Shown here in pieces: positions 29,938 through 44,770 of a stretch of 64,000 nt of DNA. Numbering within the stretch: position 1 is the stretch's first letter; each line of letters begins with the position of its first letter. A model generated the notes under the pieces. It saw only the letters and a program-made list of their open reading frames with translations. It did no database searches and had not been told where the DNA came from. This stretch comes from the human T2T-CHM13v2.0 reference genome, Homo sapiens. The stretch lies in assembly GCF_009914755.1 (NCBI RefSeq), contig NC_060937.1, one strand, 5' to 3'. A program made the position numbers and the translations under genes.

Positions 29938-32900
29938 GGATGTCAGCTTTCAGAACCAGTTTATCCTCCATGTCAGCCCCTCCTATGGAGCATTCCTTAC
30001 CCACAGCTTGGCTGGGCTGACCAAACTGATTTATCATACTGTTGTTGAGGGAGAGTAGAAACAAAGAGATTAGCAGATAACTACACAAACATACACAATT
30101 GCATACACATGTGTGTATTTCTGGGTTTAAGGAAGGAAACAGCATACCTGCTTCCCACAGTAGGACAAGTGCTATAATCTCGACTGACTAATGACCAAAG
30201 CTTTTCACTCCTTGGGTTCCGAAAGGATATAGATTCACACCACCATGCTGTAACATTCATTTTAAGCAAGTTTTTAATAGGAAATGTCTCTGAGAGCATG
30301 AAAAAAAATAGGAAAAGGATGTTATATAGTACTTAATCCAATCCTGTACCTAATCCAGCACAGAACATGTTTATCTATGTAGTGTTAACAAGACATTTCT
30401 GAGTTGAATGGGAAAAGCTTTTGCTGTGTGATGTAGACTGTAGAGAGCCTCTTGTCTGCCTTTTTCCTTTTTCTGTGCTTCCCCTTGTCCCGGTGTGCCA
30501 TCTTACCTTTCAGTCCATTTATTTGGAGGCTTCATTTGGAGCCTTTCTCAGTTATCCTTAGGGCACCTCTTGGCTCCTTGGGGTTGGTTTCTGCCCCTTA
30601 AGAGGTCTCTCCAAGTGATCAGGCCACATCACACAGACCTTCTTTTTGCTTTTGCAACAGTGGTGGTTTTTATCTACAAGACTGTTCTCCCACTTGAGAC
30701 AATCTGCCCTGAAGCAAACAGATGTTTGCATTGAGATCTCCCCTCTAGATGAATAAAATCTTCCCAGAGGCTAATGCTGGCTAGGAAAGGTTTTTTGTGC
30801 ACCTATGAAGCGTAACTGAGCCCTGAGCAACCAACTTTGATGTATATTTTGTGATTGAGGAAGAAGAAAAAATCAAATAGCATTTCTTTCTGCCAAACTG
30901 TTTTTTGCAGATAAAAATTTTTGTTGACTGAAGACTTTATCCAATGTGTGCTTTGTCCTCTTCCATTAAAAAGAGTTCAGTTGAGATTGCTTTTTCTTAT
31001 ATTGTCCTTGAATTTTGTTCTCTCTGATGTTGCTTGCACATGATACTTCATCAGTAAAATGGATCACATAACTGTCTTCTAAATCTCCATCTTGTTTGGT
31101 TTGCTGAGAAACAATTTTCATCCAAGCATAAAGTAATTAGTTCAAAGAGTCAGATTTCAAAAGGTGGATGTCTACAGTCATGGTGAAAATGAAATGAGTA
31201 CCCTTATTTTGGGAGGACATTAGCTTTGCCTCAGTACCTTGGATCTCCATTATTCATAAGATCTTAGATCAATGTGCCTTGAGGTAGCAACATTTGTCAT
31301 AATTGGCTGATACATTAGCGTCTTTCAATACCAAATATTAACTTTGACTATGAGATCAGTAAACCATGTAATGATTTTTAACAAGAAATAATAATAACTT
31401 GACTTTGAGGATCAGTGAAGTTAATAGAAAACTTTTGAGACGATGGCATACTCTTAGACAACAATGTAAGCTTGGAATCTAAGAAAATGTTATTTGAGCC
31501 ATATTTATTGAAATGTGATAACTTGGTTTCTATACTCAATCACAAATACTAATTTAAACTTGGGAAAAACAAACCACAAGACATAGTGAGTGGGCAGTCT
31601 TGTTTGAACCATTCACTTTCAAAGTGGGCATAGCTCAATATTCAGAGTCCTCATATCAGCAGAAGAAAAAATAAAAAAAAACTGAAGGAGGTGTTACCCT
31701 CAGTAAAAGAGAAAATGATATTTTTATTCCTAAGACAAACATTTATTTCTCAAGACTTTGGAAAACAATGAGTATCAGAGAATTTTTTTTTTCTCTTTCT
31801 CTTTTTTTTAAAGCTCTTTGCAAATCCAGACCACACTATTGATTACTATTCATTGCTGAAGGCAGTATTCTGTATTCAATAAATTAAGCTTTAATTCCTA
31901 AGTCCAACAAAATAGTTGACCTCAAAAAGAAGATAAATGAATAGGCTGCAGAGCTCATGATTAGAATCCACTTTCCAGTCTCATTGTATTAGTATTTTTC
32001 AATTCAGTGATTTTCCCATTCTTTTTTATCTTCTTTCACAATCTGTTACGCCTTCCACCCTGTTCCTGTATCAGCAAGGCCAAGCTACTTTCATTCTTGG
32101 TTTCCAGATCGGAAGGTTTAACTTATGATATTCTCATACTTTTATATTAATAATTTAATATAGTTTCCATTTTAGGACAAACTAGATAACTAGCATTTTT
32201 GAAAAAAGTATGAAATTCTCTTGATTTCCTAAAATGATAAGCAATATCAGCATACAGCATATATAAATATTTTGATAAATTTATGCTTCTCAATTTTGCA
32301 AATTTCGCCCTATCTGCTTCAATAGTCATTTTCTTTACCGAATCCTTAAAGATTCAGAGAGATTTAATAATATTCAACTTTATTTTACATTTAGTAAAAA
32401 TAAAAACCATTTGGTGACCTGGACAAAATTACACAGTATTTGTAATCCCACAGTTTTTGCTGCCACTGTAGCAACAGAATGTCTATTTAAAAATATATAT
32501 ATATTTCATAGAAAGGAGGTAAACAAATGAAAAGTACTTTCATTGCTGCTTTGGTCTGATTTGAAAACAAATATAAAACATTTATCATTATTATAGACAC
32601 CATTTAATTATCAAGACAATGGTTTGATTGTATATTAATCAGAACTGAAGTGGCTAAACCAAGCACTTCTTCAGCCAACTTCTAAGAATGCACAAGTAGC
32701 TTCCATGGAATTAATGGAGAGGTGTTTGTCACTATTTCCTTTCTGTATCTCAGCAGAGAATACCCAGAACCCCAGAAAGGAGAAGAGTCCTTTTAAAAAA
32801 TTCCTGGAGCTTTTGAAATATGCAGGACTTGATTTGTCCCTGCATTTCTGAGAAGGGGCATAGTTTCAGGCAATAAACGGGGACTATGAAGAGGTAAAGC

Positions 32901-33908
32901 AGAATCATTTTACTCTTGGGAACTTAGATTGATAACCTCAGAAGCATTATCTTTCCTTAGCTCTTTCCCCACCCCAATTTATAATCTCTAAATGAGATAA
33001 AACTTGAACTTGCTCTACCCAAGCTTATTTGTGCAAAAGGATAGGTGCCCTACACACACAAAGTGTGTCTTGAGGGAGACTAGCATGAGGGCCAGTGAGG
33101 CTAATGATACCCAATGGCTTTAATTTCTGTCTTATTTTTTTGCATCCTATAAGGGATCCCAGTAACACTCAAGCGCTGTTGCAAAGTGGAAGATTTGAAT
33201 TATTGGTGTGCACTTTTTCATTTAGAACCTCATAACCAGAAAGTCCAATTGTCAATATTTTATTCAAGTTCTATAACATGATGGTTTATATTTGTAATGA
33301 TAATCCAAGATACTTTAAGGCTTTCTGACTCATTATGGCCACCTAAATTATGCTCATTATAGCTTTATTATGAAGTGAATTTAATTGCATTATGAATATC
33401 TGAACATTGCTAATTGATTGCTATATATAGAAACTAGAAAGAGTCTAAAATATGACATTAATTTGAACATCTCATTTATGGACTATTTCAAATAAAAGCA
33501 ATTTAATGGAATTTAGTGTTAGGACAAATTTATAAATAAACTGAAGCAAATGTGTTTATCATTATGTAAACAACAATACTCTGCACGTTATATTTGCAAT
33601 ATATTTTGATTTGAGTTTGTATCAAACCATAGGATTATTTAAAATTTAACAAGAAATGATTAAAGAATTGAGCTATTTTGGAGGAGGATTACATGGTAGA
33701 CTCCTAATGTTAATGGAAATCATGGGGTATTCTGTTTTGAGTTGTACAAGGTCATAGATGTAGGTCAAATCCCATTTAAAATACGTTTTTTATCTGTCCA
33801 TTAACACCTTAATCACAGGATATGTTTTTCCATGAAAATGTCAATTAAAAGCAGTTGTACTTAAGGTAAGTGGGTGCCTTGGGCTTTCTAGATTTCATTA
33901 ATTTATGA

Positions 33909-34388
<480 letters not shown>

Positions 34389-34389
34389 T

Positions 34390-34415
34390 AAAAAAAAAAA
34401 AAAAAAAAAAAAAAA
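34390..34415 (+). repeat. A26 tract 68 nt into the intron after the GPC6 exon
   Basis: Seen directly; flanked by the direct repeat aaaaccaa(t/g)gt. Confidence 0.9.
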
Positions 34416-35586
34416 CCAAGGTAAAAATTCTTAATTGGTGGTCCTTGCTCTTAATCAGTTAAATATCAAAGCATAATTCTGGCTTTCTTTTCCTTGCATT
34501 GTGTGAGAGAGAACAGGATTTTAAGCCATTCTATGTGGTTTGAAAATTAATGTTAATACTTATCAGCAGTATAGCAGAGAAGCTTTTAGTACCAATGGTG
34601 CAAAAGCAGGCACGTTGCAACTATGATCATTTGATATTTCTGATCAGGGTTTTAAGGATGATAAATACTCATGAAAGAATCCATTCAGAGGTTATAATCC
34701 TCTAGGGAGTCAAGATGACAGTCTTCATGGACCTGCGAATGGAGACAAGTTATTGTTCAGGACATCAGCACCTGGCATTTCTTCTTTTTCAACACATGTC
34801 AATGTGTCCAAATTCCTTCATGGTAAAAGAAGAGCCCTTTGCTGACACCTGTATTACTGGATTAGGAAGGACTAATGAGTACCAAGTATAGATTCTCCTA
34901 GAGAATTTCTTTTGTTACCCCTTATCTTTGTAATTTCATACCATGCATTGCCTTGGGCTTATGAATAAGATCAATCATTAATCTACTTTTGGGCCTTTCT
35001 TGAAGATAACATCTCTATACCTTGGATATAAGGGATAATTCTACATTCCACTACTTAAACATTGAATATTTCCTGTGTAGAGGATATCTGCTTTTGTTTA
35101 AGTTCTTTCTTGACATTTAAGGCACTTGTGAGGTCAGTCCTCCAAATAAAATGAAAGACAATTACTTAAAGAAGTAAAGTTAAAAATAATACGTAACAGG
35201 AATCTGGTATTATGTCACTCCAAGAAGGTGTATTTGTATAAGGATTATTCCCAAACACTACTTTTCTATTGGAGGGCTGTGCCAAAGAGCCACAGTATTT
35301 TTCATAACTATTGGTACTGTCCTACAATGCTTCTTTTTTTTTTTTTGACACTTTGGTCTCCTCAATATTTACATCCTAGCATAAAGATGGTGTGTACCCT
35401 TACAAATGTTTCTCTATTGCACTGTCAGTAAAATCCGTAATAGCCCATTTTAAATTGTTAATTTCCTAAACGTTTATTTGAGCATACAGAAAGATTATTT
35501 CTAGGAAGGTGCTGAAGGAAATAATTACAAGGGCTTATTTATCAATATAAAGGGCATATGATTCTAATGTTTAAAATAATATCTTT

Positions 35587-36015
<429 letters not shown>

Positions 36016-36845
36016 CTAGGTAGAATAGCAAGAGGAAATATCATCACCTGAGGACTGTCAGTAAAATATGAATAAGTGTAGAAAATAAATATGCATTCCA
36101 TATTTTCTTGAGTAGATGCATTTTGTTGTAAAATAAGTGTAAATTAATTTAATAAGTTAAACTCAATAATAGGATTAGTCACAGAGGCTGCAAGCTGAAG
36201 CTTTTGATTTTGTTGAAGGATAAACATGTAGCCAGCCTTTGAGAAATATGAATTAAGAAATTCAAAGTATGGATGGATATATGCCTGATAATGTGTATTT
36301 ATTCTAATTGAGTGTTAATAATGTTTAGATGTGTGTATTATGATCTGGCAAGTTTCCGGTGAGATAACAGAATATTTTCTAGCAAAGTGTCTACAAAGCC
36401 ATGAGGGAGGCTGCTGCTGGCTATCCCTCCTGTTTTTCAGTGAGTGTCATTCACAACTGCCTAGAGATGGTGTCTCCCCTTGGTCACTCTCTGACTGCCT
36501 CAACTGAGGTCTTTGTTGACCAAAGTCTAACACGCTCTTCCTTCTGGCGAAGGATGACCTCATGAGCCAACCATCAGTAGAGTATGACCTTTTTCTCTAG
36601 AAGTGGTGAGAAATGTATTTTCCAACACTGTATTCTCTCTCCCACTGATCCCTTCAAGACCACCATTCTTTTGCAGAACAATTGCTGTGGGCATGGAATA
36701 TAGTCCGTAGGTCATTTAACCTTGGAAAGTTAACTGTTCCTTGCAGATATTGGCTTGTTTGACCTGAGTTTCATCATCATCCCTAATCAGTTAAAATTAT
36801 AAGCCCCATCCTGACATTTGGGCACTGCCTTTTGGAGATGGGTAG

Positions 36846-36932
36846 AGAGATAGATGGATGGATGGATGGATGGATGGATGGGTAGATAGATAGATGATAG
36901 AGAGAGAGAGAGAGATGGTATATATATATATA
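36846..36932. repeat. Compound (GGAT)n/(GATA)n/(GA)n/(TA)n microsatellite
   Basis: Seen directly. Confidence 0.9.
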
Positions 36933-37644
36933 GCCTTGGTTTGAAAGAAGCTGAGCAATGTTTTTGTGAATAATTTGTCTCAGGAATTTAAGTATTTTAC
37001 CAATGAACTTCCTCACCTAATGATTACAAGATGGTCTAGAGCCGACTAAACTAGCAATTTGTGATCTACTGGTACTATGATGATTTTCAGCACCCAAGGT
37101 ATTTTTGTAATAAGAATAAAATATCACAAAGACTAAATACATTAAGAAGAGAAGCAAGAATTGTGTTTGAGGTTTAAGCCCTTCATAAACCTGAAGCCTC
37201 TTTATGGTCTATTAATTGAGTGATTTAGAGTTGGAGAAATGATGACAGAAGAGTTAGAAAACTCAAAGCAAAATTCCCAAATGGAGATGAACAAACTAGC
37301 TTATCTCCTGCATCCTGATTTGAGTGATTTTTTTTTTTCTCTTCAGTTTCTCTCTACATTTATGGTGACTTTTTAATCTTGAAAGACATCATGAATATCT
37401 TCTAATTAATTGCTTTGACTGGAAAATTTACCTCTTTGGCAGAACACAGCAGTTTGACACAAATGTTTTGACATAATGTTCAGAACATTATTGGGAAATT
37501 TCTTACCAGAAAAATGGAGGTCTAAATTGTAAGCATCAACAGAATTATTTTTAAAACTTCTGCTTGCCATCTTATGGATACAGACAGTCTTTTTCTAGCC
37601 TTCGGATGGGGCCAGTTTATTTTAAGTAACTATAACTCTAGGTC

Positions 37645-37694
37645 TGACTCTTAGAAGCACCATGTGACTCTTAGAAGCACTATGTGATTCTTAG
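37645..37694. repeat. 20-bp tandem repeat, about 2.5 copies
   Basis: tgactcttagaagcaccatg / tgactcttagaagcactatg / tgattcttag. Confidence 0.9.
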
Positions 37695-37744
37695 TGAATA
37701 TCTATGGTCAGCCAGCCAGGATTCATTTTCTGTGTGAATGACCA

Positions 37745-38420
37745 TTTTGAGCATGTCAAGTGTTGATGAGAGGTGGAATATCAGGAACCTCCATGCATTG
37801 CTGGTGGAATTATCAATTTATATGCTCACTTTAGATAATAATCTGAAAATACCTGTATTGTTGAAGATGTACCTATTCTAAAACTTCAATTTCATCCGGA
37901 TAAACTGTTACATGTGCATACAATTAGACGTGTAGAAGAGTGTTTGTAGCAGGATCTTTTACAATGACATAGAAAGTAGAAACGTCACAAATGGCCCATC
38001 TGCCTAAATGGTTATCTCTTCACATCATGAAATTTTCCAGAGCATAGAAAGTGCTCATGAATGAGTTACAGAAACCTCATTGTGAGAGATAAACATCAAG
38101 TCATCTAAAATACATACATTTTTATGAAGTTCAAAAATGTAAAACTAAACAATACATTGTTTAGGAATAAAATATATGTAGTAAAACTCCAAAGAAATTT
38201 CAAAGAATGATAAAAAGAATCAGATGGTGGTTACCTCTGGAGATGCAGTTTGGAGGTAAGATGAAGGAGGGATACATAGAGATATCTAAAGTTATCAATA
38301 ACATACTATTTCTTAAGCCAGGTGCTTGAGGAGTGTGTGTGTGTGTGTGCATGCATGTATGTGCAAGCATGTATACATGAATGTATTGTGTAAAGCTTTT
38401 TTAATGAAATAAATTAAGAT
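37745..38420 (+). mobile_element. Ancient L1ME-like 3' region
   Basis: caagtgttgatgagaggtgga...cattgctggtggaat...aaaactaaacaatacattgtttagg...gtggttacctctgg. Confidence 0.7.
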
Positions 38421-38928
38421 GTAGAAAGATTTTACCATTTTCCATCTCTGTTTCTACCTGTGTAACTACAATTGAGTCCCTGAGCTACCCTCAGTTGTTT
38501 GTAGTACTAACTACTGTTCATGGACCTGCTAGCAAGTCAGTTTCCATGTTCCATATTGTGCTAAGTGATGTCAGAAAGGCATGGAAGGAAGAGCTCTAAA
38601 ATGAAGAAAAAAATAAATTTTGATAATGTGGGCACCTTGACAGAATGGATTCAGACTATTTTTTAGCACTGTCCCTTTATTAAAATACCACCGTCATTCC
38701 CTTATCTTCCACCACTAGTGAGTGGAAACATGGATACCAGCCGTCACTCTGAAGGCTTGTCAGACATTGTGAGGAAGAGAGAGGGCTTCATAAAGAGATA
38801 TTAACAGATTGTCTGCTTAAACCAGTCTTTATTAATTATAAAGGCAAATGTGGAAATGACTATAGTGTCTTCACTAGTCCATCTTGATGCCATTTACACT
38901 AAGAAGACATGACTTTAAAGTGACTTCT

Positions 38929-39591
<663 letters not shown>

Positions 39592-41269
39592 TCATTTCAA
39601 CTTTGCAAGTCATCTCATTGATTTATTACAGACAAATGGGGGAGGTAGTAGAGCTGGGATCCATATAACTTGAACTATTGACAAATACTGTCAACTATCT
39701 CTCTATCCATCTCTCTATCAAAAATCTTTCTTCCTGTGGCTCATGACTTTGAAAAGAAAGTCTGACTTTTAGTCTTTAGTAAAACCGGAATATTTTCATC
39801 AACAGACACCCACCTACGTCTGCTACATAGACTGATGTTTTTGCTCGAAGAGCCTCTTAAGTGGTTCATTCCCAACTAAACAGCTTTGCATTAATGTGTG
39901 CCTAGAAAGCAACAGACAAAGTCAACTTTCAATAAATGTGGTTGATGCACTATAAGGAAAAATGTTATTACCAAATTTAATGAAATAGAGGTTATCAAAT
40001 GCCTCTGTTTAAAGTATTCTCTGATCACAATGGAAAACCATTCTGAAGAATTTACTATGGATTCAATTTACAAGAGAAATTGTATTCTATTTAGCGTTTG
40101 CTTTTGAGAAAGAATTGAGAATACAAAGATCACCTGTTGTCATTATCACCTGAGTTACTTGTTTTGTCCTTCTGTGGTGGTTTTTGGATTGGAGTTAATT
40201 TTTGGGAGGGCATTCCAGAAATGAACACAATCACAAAAAGGCCTTAGGTGAATGAAAGTTTTTTTATAGTTCATTTGTGATTAGTGTATTCATTTCTGTA
40301 ACTGATAATTTTTCTATGTAGATTACTTCAATAATATACAGTGTTATGAATAATTGGCAAGCCTTTTGAAATTATCAATGATGTTTCTATGCTTACAACT
40401 TTTAAATCAGCATAATCTGTGACTGCTGTCTTATGATGGTATTTCGAGTATTATATTATATTTAGAAAGTACTTTGCACTTGATAAATAATTTCATAATA
40501 AAAATAGTAAGAAATTGATATTGGGACTAGGAACCATAATAACAAAAATAGATTATTAAGATAAATCATTAAAAATGCAAGAATCTTACCATGGTTCAGA
40601 TACTGTGCTAAGCACTAGAAATTACAAGAGTATAAGAAAGTCCAGGTGTCAGTAGAAGAAAAGAACATTTTCCCCTCTAGAACAGCATATGGAATGTATC
40701 ACAGTTGAGTCTCCAGCAGTAAGAAAGTTTCACTTTGATTAAAACAATTTGATTATATTGATTGAAACAATTTAAGTTTTTCTCATTAATTTTAAGTAAT
40801 CTTGCAAAATGTATAGCCTAGGTATGTAAATATGGAAGATTGTTAAGAAGAGAGTATAAACCAAGGAAAATGAAGCTATCTATTTCCAATGAATTAAAGG
40901 CTATTTGTGTAATCTTGTTCTTTTGTAGCTTGTGTATGTTTCCAGTAACCTATGTCTGAGTTATATTACTTCATGGTAAAATTATACTATGTATAGGAAG
41001 TCAGTTAAAACAACCACCTGTCTCTCCACTGAATCTGATTTTGAAGTTTTATTCATATTGAAAGAAGTTAGGGATTCCATAACCCTATCTAAATGTACCA
41101 TGGCTAGAAAAACTTGTTTGGAACCACAGTCCTAATAACTGTATTGTACCTATCGAATATAAACTTCTGTCTTCTACAATCTGAGATAGGTGGTTATGAT
41201 AATCCAACCTTCATCTGACCCAAATGTTAACTCTTGTAAAAACAGAGCCACTATAGAGATTTAGCTCAG

Positions 41270-42490
41270 TCCTGATCAGTAAACATTTGTTCTTTGTATT
41301 TTGTATGTCAAGTACTGTCGGTTAACTTCCTGAGACATGAAGACTAAGCAGGTTACAGCATTTACAAGTAATAATTAGGAAGAGTGAAACAGAAGCAAAT
41401 AATGTCAATATATAATGAATACATATTCATTTATGTATATGAACATTATTTATGTAATGAACATTTATTATGCAATAAATGCTTTGGGAACTGAGAGGAG
41501 AGGCACCTAGCTTAATTTGGTAGGAGGAGTCACAAGTAAACTTTCCTTGAACCATGTGTTAAAGGTTGCATAGGTGTTGGGCAGGTGATGAGGGCACCTA
41601 GCATAGTGAAGGACATTTTAGGCAGAGGCAGTAACAGAGCAGAAGTGCAGAGGTGTGAAACTGAATGATGTGTGCAGGGAGCTACAAGCATGTTATCCTT
41701 GAGCCATAAAGTACAAAGCAATGATTTGCAGGAGACAAGGATAGAGACCTTAACTGAACCCTTGAATGAAAACCATCTATTTCACTAATGGTTTTGTTTG
41801 TCTATTCTGCCTGCATAATTTAAAACAGTTTCTGTGGATAGAAGCATTCCAGTACTTTCAAGAGACAGACATGGGCTGAGCACCTACTATGTGCCAGGCA
41901 CTTCTCTATAAGAAACAGAGGGAAAAACAATGAATGGCATTGTCCTTGAGGGATTCACAGTCTATCACGAAGAGAGACACTATGAAAAGTCCAAGTGTAG
42001 TGTAATTAATCAGGGTGACAGACGTAAGGATAAAATACTATATGAACCAACGGAAATACATGTTTCCCTTTACCTTGGGAAACGGGAGCAGACATCTTAG
42101 AGTAGGGAATCATCAGATGTGGACTTAAAGAATGAATAGCATCTCACAGAGGGAAAAAAGAGGTATGGCTTTCTTGCCAAGGGCCCAGCATGTGCAAAGG
42201 CATAAATCATGAAATGTTATGGTTGTTTGGAAATGAGGCCGGGAAGTAGATTTGAACCATATCATTTGGGCATATTATTTTTAAGTTAAGGAATTTGAAG
42301 AGCATCACGTGAGCTGTGGACCACCAGCTAAGATTTTTTAAAAGACAAATATATAATTGGTTATTTTTTCACTTAAGAAAGATGGGCAGGGAGCTGGTAA
42401 ACTGGCTGAAAGGAGACACACTGATGGCAGGTGCTGGGATGGGAAGCTGTTGCAATTAACCAGACAAGGGGTGATGAGACCTGAGTCAAA
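41270..42490 (-). mobile_element. Cluster of L2 fragments
   Basis: gagcacctactatgtgccaggcac, cagcatgtgcaaaggc, gaagctgttgcaattaaccagacaaggggtgatgagacctgag. Confidence 0.65.
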
Positions 42491-43231
42491 GCAGCATGGA
42501 GCAGATTGGGGAGCACATCTGGAAAGACCGCAGAGACCCTCCAGCTCAACAGCCACGATGCATGGTTTAGGGCCCTGTCCCCAGAGTCAGGGATGGAACT
42601 GTTTGGGAACAGTTGTCTGCCTGCTGACTGATTTGAATATCACCAACATATAAATGTTTGTTGGCAAAGGATAGCAACATTTATCTAGAGAAAGAAGAAT
42701 CAGGATCAGATGAAATGTCAGAGACTGTGCACATTTAAAGAGAGTTCTGAAAACAAAGACAAATGATGAGAACCAGCAAAGCACGCCCTCCTGAAAGTAA
42801 AGAGAGAGAGAATTCAAGAAATAGACTAATCAATAGCATCAACTGTGGCAGATAGTTAAGTGGAAAGGGCAGAGAAAACAGACCTTAGGATGTGGCCATT
42901 AGGATGTTAATGACTTTAGCAAGCGCAGGTTGACTTGAGTGGTTTAATTGGTTGGGAAGTTAACTTATCTTCCCCTACACATTCTAGAACAAGGTGTGCA
43001 AAGCTTGGTTCGTGGACTGCTGCATGTTCATAAATAGGCTGTTACTGTTTTGCCACAAGATACATACCAAAATTGAAAGTTAAAAAAAAATCTTTACATC
43101 AATTTCACATTGCTCTGACACCATCAATGGGACTTTTCCTGGGATGTTGAATTTGCATGGTGAGGCTCCTATGTGTGAGCGGCATATTAGTTGTACTCAA
43201 TAGGATCAGGTATCAGGTCATGATATATTGG

Positions 43232-44173
43232 TTTTTAATTCTGTTTATGTGGCGTATCACATTTATTCTGTTTATGTGGTGTATCACATTTATTCTGAAT
43301 GTAAACTGTGGCTTATCACCGTTTACACTGCTGTGTAAACTTTGCACAGCAGTCACATCGTCATCACTTACACATGTACAAGTGAGGAGGGTAGGCAAGG
43401 TATGTGATACCATGGGCCCAACTTGAAAGTTTGGAGGATTTCTCTTTTATTGTCCCGTCTTCAGAGATTCAATGTTATGAGGATGTTCCCTGGTGCAATA
43501 TCAGCGCACTATAGAGGTTTCTGAGCCAAGATCTTGCATATGTTAAACCATCCCTGCATCCTTGATATGAAACCCACTTGAGCATGGTGGGTTATTTTTT
43601 TGATATGTTGTTGGATTCGGTTAGCTAGTATTTAGTTAAGGATTTTAGCATCTATATTCATCGAGGATATCAGTCCGTAGTTTTCTTTTTGGGTTGTGTC
43701 CTTTCCTGGTTTTGGTATTAGGGTGATGCTGGCTTCATAGAATGAATTAGGGAGGGTTCCTTCTTTCTCTATCTTGTGGAATAGTGTCAAAAGGATTGGT
43801 ACCAATTCTTCTTTGATATCTGGTAGAATTCTGCTATGAATCTGTCTGGTCCTGTACTTTTTTTGTGGGTAATTTTAAAATTACCATTTCAATCTCACTG
43901 CTTGTTATTGAAGCTGGTTCTTTGAAAAGATAAATAAAATTGATAGAGTATTAGCAAGATTGACCAAGCAAAGAAGAAAGAAAATCCAAATAACCACACT
44001 AAGAAATGAAACAGGAGATGTTACAACTGACACCACTGAAACACAAAAGATCATTCGAGGCTACTGTGAACACATTTACGCACATAAACTAGAAAACCTA
44101 GAAGAGATGGATAAATTCCTGGAAAATACAACCCTGTTAGCTTAAATCAGGAAGAATTAGATACCCTGAACAG
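43232..44173 (-). mobile_element. L1PB-like ORF2 fragment, internally primed and 5'-inverted, with an embedded templated insert
   Basis: TSD caggt(ca/tg)tgatatattgg at 43214-43231 and 44171-44188. Antisense ORF2 at 43232-43267 and 43533-43910, sense ORF2 at 43911-44173. The pieces are contiguous in L1 coordinates (...ctgaacag|ac|caataacaag...). Confidence 0.85.
43341..43532 (+). repeat. 192-bp direct duplication, copy 1 (inside the L1)
   Basis: Ungapped match to 44771-44962 with 13 mismatches by manual count. Confidence 0.95.
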
Positions 44174-44770
44174 GTTGTGATATATTGGGAAAAATCAATC
44201 AACCAAAGATTGTTCAGATAATTTGAACCCCAAACAGATAATTTGAAATGTACTCTTCTAGAATAATGCTAAAAACAGGAAAATAATGAACATATTTTGA
44301 TTGATTTTGTTGATATGCTTGGGTTTACCTTTCCTGTGTTCAGCTCCTCTTTACCTATTTTTGTACCTTCCTACCCTAGCAGTTTTTCCCAGGGGTATAT
44401 TCTGGGTATGTACAACCATGATGAGCTTTCAGAAAACTCATTATGATTGGCATGTCTACTGTTTGCCTATCCCCCTCAAATACAAGAACTTCCCTGGGAC
44501 CGTGGAAAATGTGTGCAACAAACAGATGAGACGTCTTTGTTACTAATAGGGAACATCCACGGGTGAAATATGCCAATTAAAGTACAGCACAAATAAAAAA
44601 GACCCAAGGATAAAACACTAGTGCTATAACTCAGAGAATGCTGCTTGTAAAACAGCTTTATGAAGAAAAATGAACCTGACGTTTATCCCAGTCTCAATGC
44701 TGCCCATTTTTGGACATTTATTTCTGAATGCAATTATGCTCTTCCTATGAGAGGGTTCTGTGAAACAAGG

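Larger units (their letters stand above)
42990..44255 (+). mobile_element. hAT-Charlie (Charlie4-like) DNA transposon, interrupted by a complex L1 insertion
   Basis: Perfect 8-bp TSD TTCTAGAA (Charlie NTCTAGAN target) at 42982-42989 and 44256-44263. Charlie-like body occupies 42990-43231 and resumes at 44189-44255. Confidence 0.75.

Noticed and set aside
37645-37694. Short direct repeats (here, 43238-43297 and 46490-46572) as CRISPR-like arrays
   Set aside because: Head-to-tail duplications without unique spacers, in eukaryotic DNA with no cas genes.
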